Part shown: positions 1 to 10,553 of the stretch, one piece after another
How the letters are laid out: every line of letters begins with the position of its first letter
Position numbering within the stretch: the stretch's first letter is position 1
Source of the DNA: a virus
Lineage: Duplodnaviria > Caudoviricetes
IMG/VR virus record: IMGVR_UViG_3300020037_004820
Strand: one strand, 5' to 3'
DNA: 64,000 nt
Notes under the pieces: generated by a model
What the model saw: only the letters and a program-made list of their open reading frames with translations
Databases searched by the model: none
What the model was told of the DNA's origin: nothing
Position numbers and translations under genes: made by a program

Positions 1-704
1 TAACTTGTTCTAAAAAATGTGCCTATCAATATAGAAAACTTCTTTTACAAGAAAAACATGGAGTTGAAAATCCTTTTCAACTCCAGTCAGTGAAAGATAA
101 ATCCACAAACACTATCCTTAAAAAATATGGTGTCAGTAACGTATCTAAAAGTGATGAAATTAAGAAAAAGAAGATCAACACTTGTCATAAAAATTTCGGT
201 GTAGATCATCCAGGTCAAAGTTTAAAAGTTAAAGAAAAAATTAAAGAAATATGTTTATCTAAATATGGTGTTGAGAATCCCATGTTTGATGAAACTATAA
301 AAAATAGGTCCGTAACTAATGGTGGAGGTCGAGCTGTTCCTAAAAGATATATAACTAAATATGGTAATGAGATAATTGTTCAAGGATCTTATGAATTAGA
401 TTTTGTAAAAGAATGTGAACAATTAAATATACCCATTAAAAACGGACCATGTATAAATTATGTATTCAAAGGTAACAATAGAAAATATTTTATAGATTTC
501 ACGATAGAACATACTGGTACAACAAAAATAGTTGAAATAAAAAGCACCTATTATTTCGAAAAATATAAAGAGGAGATATTGTGTAAAAAATTATTTGCAG
601 AAAAATATGCGTTAGAAAACAATATGCTTTATGAACTGATAGTTTTAGATAAAACTCGAAAAGAACGAAAATATTTACTAGACGAATTAAATAAGGAGAA
701 ATAA
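1..704 (+). CDS. 5'-partial putative homing endonuclease (repeated YGVENP-type motifs plus C-terminal PD-(D/E)xK/TnsA-like nuclease)
   Basis: Frame is open from base 3 (TCSKKCAY...HGVENPF); repeats KYGVSNV/FGVDHP/YGVENP; C-terminal YFIDF...IVEIKS. Confidence 0.6.
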   Translation, partial: TCSKKCAYQYRKLLLQEKHGVENPFQLQSVKDKSTNTILKKYGVSNVSKSDEIKKKKINTCHKNFGVDHPGQSLKVKEKIKEICLSKYGVENPMFDETIKNRSVTNGGGRAVPKRYITKYGNEIIVQGSYELDFVKECEQLNIPIKNGPCINYVFKGNNRKYFIDFTIEHTGTTKIVEIKSTYYFEKYKEEILCKKLFAEKYALENNMLYELIVLDKTRKERKYLLDELNKEK

Positions 705-1820
705 ATGATAAAATTTGTGGACATTATACAGGATCTCGCATATGGCGACGCGGGAAAAGGTGCTGTGGCATATTCTCTTTCTAAAAAACCTGAGTATGAT
801 ATCTGTATGAGAGTAAATGGCGGGTCTAATGCGGGACATACAATTTACCATGAAGGTAAAAAATTCGTTACTCATCAAGTTCCAACTGGTATTTTTCACG
901 GTAAAACATGTATAATTGGTAATGGATGTGTTGTTAACGTCTCAAAACTTTTAGATGAGATCAAAGAATTAGAAGAAGCAGGCATTTCTTGCAAAGGAAG
1001 GATTTTCATAGCGCATAATGCTCATATTGTCATGGCTGATCATGTAAAAGAAGAAGAGAACGAATCTGCAATTGGAACAACCAAACAAGGGATTGGACCT
1101 TGTTATAGAGATAAATACGCTCGCAAAGGATGCAGAGCGATTGATCTTCTGTTTGAGCATATTTTTGAAGGCAAAGAAGAAGAAGGATATTCATTGATCT
1201 ATTCAGAAAAATATGGTCCGTTGAGGGATCATGTTATAGATATGATCATTGAAGTGCACCCTGTCTTGTTTGTTTCAAATAAAAACTACGGTATTCTTGT
1301 AGAAGGTGCGCAAGGCTATTATCTAGATATCGATCATGGTGATTATCCATATGTTTCTTCTTCACATGCTTCTGTTGCAGGAGCATTGCTGAATGGGCTT
1401 CCGTTTAATAAAATCAGAAAGGTATATGGAGTTATTAAGGGCTACGAAACTTATGTTGGTGCAATGAAATTCCAACCATTAGATCCTATATTTGATAAAT
1501 TAGGAGACTTGGGACAAGAATTCGGGGCAACAACTGGAAGACGTAGACAGTGCAATTGGTTAAATTTGGATAGACTTGTAAAAGCTATGCAAGTCAATTG
1601 TGTGACTCATTTGATTGTATCTAAAATGGATATTCTTAGAGAATTGAATTTTCAAGAAAATAATCAATATTGGAAAGTGATCATAGGTTCTATAGAGTTG
1701 CCTCTTGTAAATGAAGAGGATTTTTATATGGTTCTTGAAAATACCATCACAACTTATCATTCTTTTGACTTGAAGAATCTTCAATACAAGTACGGTCCCG
1801 ATCAAGAGATAACTGTATGA
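705..1820 (+). CDS. purA: adenylosuccinate synthetase
   Basis: GDAGKG, GGSNAGHT, EGAQG, GATTGRRRQ, SKMD motifs; catalytic Asp retained, so not PurZ. Confidence 0.93.
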   Translation: MIKFVDIIQDLAYGDAGKGAVAYSLSKKPEYDICMRVNGGSNAGHTIYHEGKKFVTHQVPTGIFHGKTCIIGNGCVVNVSKLLDEIKELEEAGISCKGRIFIAHNAHIVMADHVKEEENESAIGTTKQGIGPCYRDKYARKGCRAIDLLFEHIFEGKEEEGYSLIYSEKYGPLRDHVIDMIIEVHPVLFVSNKNYGILVEGAQGYYLDIDHGDYPYVSSSHASVAGALLNGLPFNKIRKVYGVIKGYETYVGAMKFQPLDPIFDKLGDLGQEFGATTGRRRQCNWLNLDRLVKAMQVNCVTHLIVSKMDILRELNFQENNQYWKVIIGSIELPLVNEEDFYMVLENTITTYHSFDLKNLQYKYGPDQEITV

Positions 1821-2280
1821 GTGATTGGATAAGTGTACATGTACACGAAGATGATCCTATTTATATTTTTTGCATAAATAATGAAAAGCTAGCTATTGTA
1901 TATTTCATTGGTGGACATGTAGAAAGACCTGATGAATGGGTTATTAAATTCAAAGAAGATATGCATTGTCAAGGAAATCGCACAACATTCTCTTTAGAAA
2001 GAGCCAAACAAATTGTTGAAGAACACTTCGGAGTAATATGAGTGACTTACGTAAAGTTGAAAAATTAGACCCAGAAGATCTTACATGGGCTACATTAAGA
2101 ATGGCAGATTTACAAATTGGAGATATTTTTAGATTAAGTGAATCCGATACGAAATGTTTCGGAGAATTTAGAGCAGATGGTGAACCTTATAAAAATGAAG
2201 AAGGTGTTTATACTATTGTAGCCATGCCATTTGATATAGAAACTTGGACAGAAATTCCAATGAAGAAAATAAATGAATAA
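1817..2280 (+). CDS. two small hypothetical proteins (1817-2041, 2038-2280)
   Basis: Overlapping ATGA start/stop junctions in operon. Confidence 0.6.
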
Positions 2281-2584
2281 AATATATCCATACGAAATAA
2301 TAGCCATATCAAAAGCTTATGATAAGAAAACTTCTATACAAAAAGTTTTAAAACTAGTAGAAGAAGTCGGTGAACTAGCTCAAGCAATTCTTATAAATGA
2401 AGAAGCTCATGGCACTCAGTATAGAGATAAATCACAATTTTCAATCGTAGAAGAACTTGCTGATGTTTATCTTTGTTTGTTCGCTATTTTTCCAGGATAT
2501 GATATATCCGAAGAAGCTTTTAATGAAGAAGTTGGTAAAAAATTAAATAAATGGACAAACAAAATAGGATTAACAAATGAGTAG
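2273..2584 (+). CDS. MazG-like NTP pyrophosphohydrolase
   Basis: KLVEEVGELA...EELADV motifs. Confidence 0.85.
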   Translation: MNKIYPYEIIAISKAYDKKTSIQKVLKLVEEVGELAQAILINEEAHGTQYRDKSQFSIVEELADVYLCLFAIFPGYDISEEAFNEEVGKKLNKWTNKIGLTNE

Positions 2585-3428
2585 AATAATAATTGGTTAT
2601 CACAATAATTGCAACGATGGATTTGGTGCAGCGTATGTTGCATATTTGCATTACAAAAAATTAGGATTGTTAGATCAAGTTGAATTTGTTCCTATTAATC
2701 CTAGAGCAACTCCTGATATAGATGTTACTGGTTGTAATGTTGTAATTTTCGATGTCTGCTTAGATAAAGAAGCATTACATAAATGGAAAGAAGTAGCAGT
2801 CTCGTTCAAGGTAATCGATCATCACGTATCAAATCAACGGGAATTTGGATATCTTGATTACTGCCATTTCGATATGACTCACTCAGGAGTTGGACTTGCT
2901 TGGCGCCACTATAATCCTGATATAGCTCCTCCGTGGTGGGTTGATTATATAGAAGATAGAGATTTATGGACAAAGAAACTTCCTATGCATGAAGATGTTT
3001 GTGCATTATTGTTATCAACTGAACCTACTTTTGAAGCTTATGATGAGATTGCTTCTATGACAGTTGAAAAAGCTGCCGAGGCAGGCAAATATATTGCTAA
3101 AGCTGATATTGCAAAAATCAATAGAGCAGTTCATAGTTCATCGGCTATTATGCGTGTATCTTTTTGCGGATTTGATAATATTCCGTGTGTTAACAATGCA
3201 AATTTCCAATCAGATATAGGCAATCTTCTTGCTAAAGATGCAGAATTTGGAATCGTCTGGTATGCAGGAGATTCAGAAAAAGATGGAAAATATGCTCAGC
3301 TTTCATTGAGAAGTATAGGGGACTTTGATGTTTCAAAACTTGCTCAACGTTTTGGAGGCGGTGGACATGCAAATGCTTCTGGTTGTAGAATTCCTCTTAA
3401 AGATTGGATGAAAATTCTATGTATATAG
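2577..3428 (+). CDS. DHH/DHHA1 family phosphoesterase
   Basis: YHNNCNDG, IDHH, SLRS, GGGGHANASG. Confidence 0.9.
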   Translation: MSRIIIGYHNNCNDGFGAAYVAYLHYKKLGLLDQVEFVPINPRATPDIDVTGCNVVIFDVCLDKEALHKWKEVAVSFKVIDHHVSNQREFGYLDYCHFDMTHSGVGLAWRHYNPDIAPPWWVDYIEDRDLWTKKLPMHEDVCALLLSTEPTFEAYDEIASMTVEKAAEAGKYIAKADIAKINRAVHSSSAIMRVSFCGFDNIPCVNNANFQSDIGNLLAKDAEFGIVWYAGDSEKDGKYAQLSLRSIGDFDVSKLAQRFGGGGHANASGCRIPLKDWMKILCI

Positions 3429-3672
3429 AATATATGATAATAGATAGAGATTTTTTGGAAAGTGAAGAATTATCAAGAGAACCTATTTGGTGTGCTTATG
3501 AATTGGAAAATTGTGGCAATAAAATTGCTATAGGTATATGTGGATCTGTTCCTATTAAATATCGTAATCAAGCTTTCTCTTTTGGAGAAGTAGATGAATT
3601 ATTACATCATCCATATATTGAAGTTTCTCTAGTTAGAAAACGAGAATTATCTAAGCAAAGAAGAGAAATATA

Positions 3673-4227
3673 ATGAGTAAACCAGGTTATCATCTTCAAA
3701 AAATAGATAAAGGTGTATTTGGAGAATTTTCCAAAATTCAAGAAGAGCTTGATGAAGCGCAAGATGCCATATATCAAAAATGTAAAATTATGGAATTAGT
3801 TGAGCTATCTGATGTGTATGGAGCTTTAAAAGAAAAGAAGAATATGAAACAAAAACTATTCACAGTCACAGCTAATGATTGTACATGGAATTATTACAGA
3901 GGTTCGGGTCCAGGCGGACAAAAAAAGAACAAAACAAGCAATTGTGCTAGAGTTGTACATGAACCATCTGGAGCAGTTGGAAAAGGCGAACAAGGTCGCT
4001 CTCAAATAGAGAATAGACAGATTGCGTGGAAACAAATGGCGAATAGTCCAGAATTTCAAAATTGGTGTCGCAATAAATCATATGAGATTTCAGGTGATGC
4101 AGAAATTATTAAAAAGAATGTAGAATTTGAACTTGTTTCAAATACATTAGTTGAAATAGAATCCGAAGATGGATGGATTCCTGGGCAACAAATAACAGAA
4201 CAAGATGTAAAAAATTCGAGGGAATAA
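3673..4227 (+). CDS. RF-1 (GGQ) peptidyl-tRNA hydrolase domain protein with N-terminal MazG-like fragment; alternative start at 3844
   Basis: RGSGPGGQKKNKTSNCARVVHEPSG...RSQIENR. Confidence 0.8.
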   Translation: MSKPGYHLQKIDKGVFGEFSKIQEELDEAQDAIYQKCKIMELVELSDVYGALKEKKNMKQKLFTVTANDCTWNYYRGSGPGGQKKNKTSNCARVVHEPSGAVGKGEQGRSQIENRQIAWKQMANSPEFQNWCRNKSYEISGDAEIIKKNVEFELVSNTLVEIESEDGWIPGQQITEQDVKNSRE

Positions 4228-4598
4228 TGAGCACAAGTAAAAACGAAGAAATAGCAAAATTATTCAATAAATTAGAAAATATAGACAAAGCCGATCTTGA
4301 CAGTTATTATCAAGGATGTAAAGATAGTTTTGATGAAGAAGATAGAGAAGAATTTAAAATTACAAAAGAGATAATGCATGATTTATTGGATGATTATGGA
4401 TGGAAACGTATTTCCCATCTAAGAACTCCATATAAACATGATATAACAGAACATGAATGTGTCTCTAAAAGAGAAAGTGATGGAAAATATTTTGGCTACG
4501 GATATACATCCACTTATAATAATGGTATAGATTGGGAATATCTGGGAGAAGCTGTAGAATTATTTCCTATGTCTAAACTTACAACGGTGTACGAATGA
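4227..4598 (+). CDS. hypothetical protein
   Basis: TAATG overlap with upstream gene suggests start MSTSK. Confidence 0.6.
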   Translation: MSTSKNEEIAKLFNKLENIDKADLDSYYQGCKDSFDEEDREEFKITKEIMHDLLDDYGWKRISHLRTPYKHDITEHECVSKRESDGKYFGYGYTSTYNNGIDWEYLGEAVELFPMSKLTTVYE

Positions 4599-4945
4599 TT
4601 GAACAACGACCTTGGGGAACATACTCTATTTTATTCGAAAATGATAGCTGTAAAGTTAAAGAAATAACTGTAAATCCAGGACATTCTATATCTTTACAGT
4701 CTCATAAATTAAGAGAAGAATTATGGAAAATTATTAAAGGAGAAGGAGAAGTCTTAATAGATGGGCAAACTCTTATAGCAAGACCTTGGCCGATTCAAGA
4801 ATCCTATTTTATTATAAGAAAAGAGGTTCAGCATCGTATAACAAATACAGAATCTGAACCTTTAGTATTTATTGAGATACAGACTGGCGACTCATTTGAC
4901 GAAAATGATATAATTCGATATGCAGATGATTATGGGCGTGTATAA
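4595..4945 (+). CDS. cupin, mannose-6-phosphate isomerase type II C-terminal-like
   Basis: RPWG, SLQSHKLREELW, HRITN, IEIQTG...DIIRYADDYGR. Confidence 0.88.
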   Translation: MIEQRPWGTYSILFENDSCKVKEITVNPGHSISLQSHKLREELWKIIKGEGEVLIDGQTLIARPWPIQESYFIIRKEVQHRITNTESEPLVFIEIQTGDSFDENDIIRYADDYGRV

Positions 4946-5204
4946 GGAGGTATACTATGACGATAAATTTGAACATTACTATTCACGAAAATAATATATA
5001 TGAATACAGTGGTGAATACACAACTACTATTCCTGTTTGGATAGAATGGCAACTTGACGATTCTGGAAAAAGATTTTTATGTATATATGAAGATGGAAAC
5101 CTTCTAGACGGATTTGACTCAGAAGAGTTTGAAAATCGTCTCAATAACGGTGAAGATTTCGAAGAAATCGCAAAAGAAATTATTGCGGAGTTGAAATTTA
5201 CAAG

Positions 5205-5771
5205 ATGAACATTTACAAAATGACATATTGGTTGGCCATGCAATCTCGCTGGTATCAAGGATGGTCCAGACTTTATAGATTTTTTAAACAGAGAAAGTAT
5301 AAAACCTATTTTCCAGTTATAGAAACTACTACTGATGTAAATGAATTACAAAGAGAATTAGATAAAATAGAATATCATAAAGATGATTGGAAAGTATTGT
5401 GGGATGTTTGTCATAGTCCTTATTACTCCAGATACGTTCTAGCAAGTGCTAGAGAAAATGAACAATCAGACGATTCTTTTGATTGTGATGATTACGCATG
5501 TTTAGCGGCTAATATGTTGGATTGGCATTTTAATGCTCATTTACTAAGTGTTCGTTTTAAGAAAAAAAATAAAAAATTCAAATTTGAAGGTCATATGGTT
5601 TGTTATTTTGAAACGCCTTATGGATTTAGACATATGGGAAATTGGGGATTGTCTCCCAATTATAGATCGCTTGAAGCAATGGCTAAAGATATTGCGTATT
5701 TATCAGAAGGTACTTTAATAGGATATACAACAATGGACAAAAACTTAAAAATCATAAAGGTGTATGTATGA
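5205..5771 (+). CDS. putative transglutaminase-like cysteine protease
   Basis: DCDDYA ... GHMVC motif pair. Confidence 0.5.
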   Translation: MNIYKMTYWLAMQSRWYQGWSRLYRFFKQRKYKTYFPVIETTTDVNELQRELDKIEYHKDDWKVLWDVCHSPYYSRYVLASARENEQSDDSFDCDDYACLAANMLDWHFNAHLLSVRFKKKNKKFKFEGHMVCYFETPYGFRHMGNWGLSPNYRSLEAMAKDIAYLSEGTLIGYTTMDKNLKIIKVYV

Positions 5772-6145
5772 GTATTAAAACTTCTGCTGATCTTCAAAAA
5801 GAAATGATGGAGCGTCTAAAAAGAATGAGTATAAATACAATGTTTGAATGCGATGGATTAGAACAAGAAGAGACTTTTGAAAATAAGTTAATTCATTTAT
5901 TAAATTCATATTCTATGGAAAATGGTTCGAATACTCCTGATTTTATTCTTGCAAAATATTTAATAAATTGTTTAGATAATCTTAATAAAACTGTGAAGTC
6001 TAGAGAAAAATGGTATGGTAGAACTGGTTCTTCATTAGAACAATTTACTGTGCAGCATGATCATCATTTTGATGAAGCAGATGGACGTTGTGATTGTGGA
6101 ATTCATTGGGATGAATGGAACCGAGGGGTTAATAATCATGACTAA
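5768..6145 (+). CDS. phage hypothetical protein
   Basis: SMENGSNTPDFILAKYL motif, as I recall common in phage hypotheticals. Confidence 0.6.
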   Translation: MSIKTSADLQKEMMERLKRMSINTMFECDGLEQEETFENKLIHLLNSYSMENGSNTPDFILAKYLINCLDNLNKTVKSREKWYGRTGSSLEQFTVQHDHHFDEADGRCDCGIHWDEWNRGVNNHD

Positions 6146-6456
6146 AGAATATACAGGTATTTTAGAGCCATATGAAAATACAGGAAGAATTACACTGTTA
6201 TGAAAACAAAAGATATTAATGAACTTAAACAAGAATTATCTAATAGATTAGGAATACTCATAAATTCCCCAGTTGTTCCAGAAACTCAAGAAACCATTAA
6301 ATATATGGTAGAAGATATTATTTTTGCAAGAGGTTTTAAACCTTATCCCGATGATATAAGAGTAGAACGGCAAGGGGACTGTTTTAACATAACAACTACA
6401 TGGTGGAATATAGATGTAACAGGCTATTACATAGAATTCAAAATTGGGAGAAGTTA

Positions 6457-7098
6457 ATGAAAGTTGAATTGAAATGGATCACTCCAAATGCTGAACAGGA
6501 AATTGTTGAAATTGCGCGTGTTTCATCTGCCAGAGAAGACAAAACATTAGAGGCATATAAGTTGATTAGATTTCTAATCAAGAATAAACATTGGTCACCC
6601 TTTGAGATGTCTAATCTTTGTTTAGATGTTGAAACGAGTATTTCTATATCAATGCAGTTATTGAGACATAGAAGTGCGAATTTTCAGCAATTATCTCAAC
6701 GTTATCAAGATGTAACTAATATGTTCGATCATATATTTGAACCAATTGAATTGAGATTACAAGGAAAAACCAATAGACAAGTTTCAGAAGATTTATTATT
6801 AGAAGAAAAAGCTGCTAAGTATCAAGCACGTATTCAAGAGCATCTCCAAAATTCTCTAAATTTATATACAGAAATGATGGATGATGGAGTTGCCCGAGAG
6901 TGCGCAAGATTCGTGTTGCCGTTATGTACTAAAACCAATATCTATATTAATGGAACACTTAGAACATGGATTCATTTGATTGAATCAAGAGATGACCCTC
7001 ATGCACAAAAAGAAGTGCAATTATTAGCTCGGGAAGCAAAACGTATATTCATAGAAAATATGCCTCAAGTAGCTAAAGCATTGGAGTGGATTGAATAA
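6457..7098 (+). CDS. thyX: FAD-dependent thymidylate synthase
   Basis: HWSPFE, RHRSANFQQLSQRY, ARECARFVLP, HAQKE; start set at ATG 6457 (TAATG overlap). Confidence 0.93.
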   Translation: MKVELKWITPNAEQEIVEIARVSSAREDKTLEAYKLIRFLIKNKHWSPFEMSNLCLDVETSISISMQLLRHRSANFQQLSQRYQDVTNMFDHIFEPIELRLQGKTNRQVSEDLLLEEKAAKYQARIQEHLQNSLNLYTEMMDDGVARECARFVLPLCTKTNIYINGTLRTWIHLIESRDDPHAQKEVQLLAREAKRIFIENMPQVAKALEWIE

Positions 7099-7101
7099 AT
7101 T

Positions 7102-7593
7102 GTGAAAGCTAAAGATTTAACAAACCAAAAATTTGGTAGACTAACAGCATTAACAGTCTTTTATAAAGATGGAATACGTTGGTGGCATTGTAAATGTGAT
7201 TGTGGAAATATTCATGATGTAAGTATTTTAAATTTAGGTCGTGGAACTAAAAGTTGTGGATGTTATAATTTAGAACGTTCTAAAAAAAGAAAACAATCAG
7301 ATTCTCAAATAAAACGAAATGCAACTATTAGATATTACAAAAGAAATGCAAAAGTAAGAAATTTAGATTGGCTGCTATCTAATGTAGAATTTGATTTACT
7401 ACAATCGCAAATTTGTTATTTTTGTGGGAAAGAACCTATTAATGGAATTGATAGACTAGACAATACAAAAGGTTATTTATTTGATAACTGTGTTTCATGT
7501 TGTACCACTTGTAACAGAGCAAAATTAGAAATGACAGAATCAGATTTTTTAAATTGGATAATAAAAGTAACTAAATACAGGAGATTAATATAA
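7102..7593 (+). CDS. HNH-type homing endonuclease
   Basis: KFGRLT, WHCKCDCG, GIDRLDNTKGY...NCVSCCTTCN; paralog of 44922-45494. Confidence 0.8.
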   Translation: MKAKDLTNQKFGRLTALTVFYKDGIRWWHCKCDCGNIHDVSILNLGRGTKSCGCYNLERSKKRKQSDSQIKRNATIRYYKRNAKVRNLDWLLSNVEFDLLQSQICYFCGKEPINGIDRLDNTKGYLFDNCVSCCTTCNRAKLEMTESDFLNWIIKVTKYRRLI

Positions 7594-8147
7594 TGGGAAT
7601 TTACTTGACATCAGATACTCATTTTGGACATAATAATATAATTGAATACTCCAAACGTCCGTTCAAAGACGTAACCGAAATGGACGAAGCTCTCGTAGAA
7701 AATTGGAACAAAGTCGTAACAAATAAAGATACAATATATCATCTAGGAGACGTGATCTTTTCAAGAGATCATTCAATTCTAAAAAGACTTAATGGGCATA
7801 TCAATTTTCTATACGGAAATCATGATAAAAATGCATCATGGAAAGCAATTGATTATGAAGAGATAAAATATAGCGGTAGATTATTTGTTCTTTGTCATTA
7901 CCCATTATTGACATGGAATAAAGCAAGACATGGTTCTATACATCTTCATGGTCACATACATTCCGAAGTCCCCATTTATTCAAATGTAGCGAGATATGAT
8001 GTTGGTGTAGATGCAAACAACTACACTCCAGTATCCATTGAACAGATCATTGAGGCTTTTCGTAACTTACGTGATAGTCCTATGAACCCTGACGAGCTTC
8101 CTCCCTTAGATAAATCAAGGGGAGCCAGAGGGAAAGTAGAGCCGTAG
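7593..8147 (+). CDS. calcineurin-like metallophosphoesterase
   Basis: SDTHFGH, HLGD, GNHD, HYP, HGHIH. Confidence 0.9.
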   Translation: MGIYLTSDTHFGHNNIIEYSKRPFKDVTEMDEALVENWNKVVTNKDTIYHLGDVIFSRDHSILKRLNGHINFLYGNHDKNASWKAIDYEEIKYSGRLFVLCHYPLLTWNKARHGSIHLHGHIHSEVPIYSNVARYDVGVDANNYTPVSIEQIIEAFRNLRDSPMNPDELPPLDKSRGARGKVEP

Positions 8148-8686
8148 ATATAGTGACAAAAAATATTTATATCTTTCCTATTAGTTATTCGAATTATAGA
8201 AGATTTAGATTTTTTATGGAGTCTTCTACATATGGTATATTTTATACCTAATTCTTTGAACAACTTTTCCATATAAGTCCAATCTTGGTCATAGGTAGAA
8301 CCAATAGAGAATTGATAAAGATACTGTTCTTTATGACTATAAAAACATCCATCCCCATCTACTATGCCTCTAAAAAAATAGGGCTTCAAATTAGTAGGAA
8401 TAATAGTTAGAAGTTGACAAGGACTTAGTTTTGATTTTTGATTATATCCGTAATTTGCTAATGTACTACAAAATTTGGTGTCGTTTAGTTCTAAACGCAT
8501 TTGAGTTTTTCTATTAGGTCTATTCCTTATATATTTTTTGAAGTTTCCGCACATCATGAAAATATTTTCAATTTCTACCAAATCTTCTTCAATACATTCT
8601 ATTCTAAGAGATTTACTTTTATTAAGAAAACCATCTGCCCAAGAAAAGCCTAACATGTACGAAAATTCTTTAGTTGATACATCCAT
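8021..8686 (-). CDS. LAGLIDADG homing endonuclease (two-motif)
   Basis: SYMLGFSWADG and FFRGIVDGDG; antisense to the operon. Confidence 0.85.
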   Translation of the reverse strand: MDVSTKEFSYMLGFSWADGFLNKSKSLRIECIEEDLVEIENIFMMCGNFKKYIRNRPNRKTQMRLELNDTKFCSTLANYGYNQKSKLSPCQLLTIIPTNLKPYFFRGIVDGDGCFYSHKEQYLYQFSIGSTYDQDWTYMEKLFKELGIKYTICRRLHKKSKSSIIRITNRKDINIFCHYIYGSTFPLAPLDLSKGGSSSGFIGLSRKLRKASMICSMDTGV

Positions 8687-8725
8687 GTACTAATTAGTAC
8701 ATGGATAATGCCATGACGGAGAAAA

Positions 8726-9004
8726 ATGACTATAATACCATATAATAATCGATTAATGATAAAAGAGATTAAAGAGAATGAAAAAAAAGCTGGAGATATA
8801 ATTGTCCCAAATTTTACTAAAGATAGAAAAGATATTCCAAAATTTATGAAAGTTCATATTTTAGAGATATCCGCAGGTTTATCGCCAAATTTGGTGGGAA
8901 AAACAGCGGTTATAGAAACAGGTTTTCTTGAAGAAGTAACAATTGATGGAGACTTATATCATTTTTGCCCAATAAATTATGTAGTTTGCATAACCTCAGA
9001 ATAA
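8726..9004 (+). CDS. groES: GroES-like co-chaperonin
   Basis: IIPYNNRLMIKE...KAGDIIVP, 92 aa; GroEL present in window. Confidence 0.65.
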   Translation: MTIIPYNNRLMIKEIKENEKKAGDIIVPNFTKDRKDIPKFMKVHILEISAGLSPNLVGKTAVIETGFLEEVTIDGDLYHFCPINYVVCITSE

Positions 9005-9015
9005 AAGGAAAATAA

Positions 9016-9570
9016 ATGCCTCTAAGATACGGAGTAAGTTTCCCAGCGTGGTTTCATCCAATTCATCCACCAACTCCGCCAATTCCACCACGCGTTCCAA
9101 AACAACAATTCTTTGAAACTAAAGAAGTATTAGTTCAGAGATTGTTTGTTGGTGGATTATCTATTCCAAAAGTTTTGGAAATGTTATCACATTATAATTC
9201 AGAAGAATATTTCATAAACAGCGTCGATACATATGATGCAAACTTTATGGAATTAATGAAAGAAGAAAAATATGAAGTTATAATAGATGAAAAAGAATTT
9301 CTAAAATTGCAAAAAGAATATGCAAGATCTATTAAAGACTATGAACGTTTTGAATCTGAGTATCAGGTTAGGGTAAAAAAATACCCTGGAATGGTTCTTA
9401 TGCATGAAGATGCAAAGTTAAGAGAAATATTAACCAAAGCAGAAGATGAATTGGAAGATGCTCAAATAAAAGAATCACAATCTCAGCAAATTTTGTGGGA
9501 ACTTAATAAGACTATAAAAGAAACAAAAGAAAAACTAACAGAGTTGCATAAACAAATTAAAGATGAATGA
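9016..9570 (+). CDS. hypothetical protein (Pro-rich N-terminus, coiled coil)
   Basis: ORF in operon with AAGGA RBS. Confidence 0.6.
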   Translation: MPLRYGVSFPAWFHPIHPPTPPIPPRVPKQQFFETKEVLVQRLFVGGLSIPKVLEMLSHYNSEEYFINSVDTYDANFMELMKEEKYEVIIDEKEFLKLQKEYARSIKDYERFESEYQVRVKKYPGMVLMHEDAKLREILTKAEDELEDAQIKESQSQQILWELNKTIKETKEKLTELHKQIKDE

Positions 9571-10553
9571 AAATAAAGATTCCTAAAATAGTCATAGGTA
9601 ATAATTTAACTGGAATGCAAGTTGCTATTCAACAAGATGCAACTTTCATTCCAGTTTCTTATTTAAACGCTTTTGGATGGGAACATACTACGTATGATCA
9701 TCATATTACTCAATTTATTCGATCTAAAAGAGTTGAAAAAGATTCCACAATAAATCATAAATATAAAATAAGCTCAAAACATGGAACAGAATTTATCCCA
9801 TGTTTCTATTGGGAGCTAGAGGCATTATACAAATATATTCTGCTAATGTCTAATAGACTATACGACTCCCACAGGGTCACTAATGTCAAGCATTATTCTG
9901 ATAATGTTCTGACATTAGTCTCGGCATTTGGCAATAGCTTCGAGATTGAGTTCGATACTTGCCATGTAATAAACCCTGATTATAACTGGTACGACTCTAT
10001 ATCAGAGCCTTTTGAATCACATGAGAGCGATTCATGTCATTTAATTTATTATTTGATTTTATCGAAAGATACAGAAGATATGAAGGGTATTCAATATCAA
10101 TATGATATTGAAGAATTAGAGGAAGAATATTTTACCAAAATATGGTATTCTTCTCTTTTTGGTTCAAAAAAATTTTTGGTTGGAAATGATCCTAGAAGAA
10201 AAAAACAAACAACAACAACGCGCAATATTTGTCTTTTTATAGAAAATGTTGATTTATCAGAGATTAATGATGAGAAATATTCTGTTGCTGAAATTAGAAA
10301 AGAAATTTACAAATTATTGGGATCTAGACATAAAAGAATTGCGGATAGAATATTAAGTTTCGATAAATCTATTCAAAAGATTGAATTATCATCTAGAGTA
10401 AATGTATATGAAGATACAGATAATGTGAAATACCTGTATTATACGGATAAAGAGGAAATCTTATGCCCAAAAAATTTAGACTCATCGGAATGGCCGCAAT
10501 CATACCCACGTATACTAATATCTCAATTCAAGGAGACTATGATTTTGCCATAA
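9567..10553 (+). CDS. hypothetical protein, possible degenerate Rossmann-like N-terminus
   Basis: KIVIGNNLTGMQVA; 328 aa. Confidence 0.4.
   Translation: MKIKIPKIVIGNNLTGMQVAIQQDATFIPVSYLNAFGWEHTTYDHHITQFIRSKRVEKDSTINHKYKISSKHGTEFIPCFYWELEALYKYILLMSNRLYDSHRVTNVKHYSDNVLTLVSAFGNSFEIEFDTCHVINPDYNWYDSISEPFESHESDSCHLIYYLILSKDTEDMKGIQYQYDIEELEEEYFTKIWYSSLFGSKKFLVGNDPRRKKQTTTTRNICLFIENVDLSEINDEKYSVAEIRKEIYKLLGSRHKRIADRILSFDKSIQKIELSSRVNVYEDTDNVKYLYYTDKEEILCPKNLDSSEWPQSYPRILISQFKETMILP

Noticed and set aside
705-1820. PurZ / Z-genome pathway (PurA homolog with MazG, HD protein and PolA)
   Set aside because: Catalytic Asp (GDAGKG) and the PurA-type GATTGRRR loop are retained; PurZ has Ser at that position. 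The HD protein is Mesh1-like rather than DatZ-like
3673-4227. Stop-codon reassignment suggested by a phage release factor
   Set aside because: Genes are intact under the standard code, all three stops are used, no suppressor tRNA is seen, and the RF lacks codon-recognition domains
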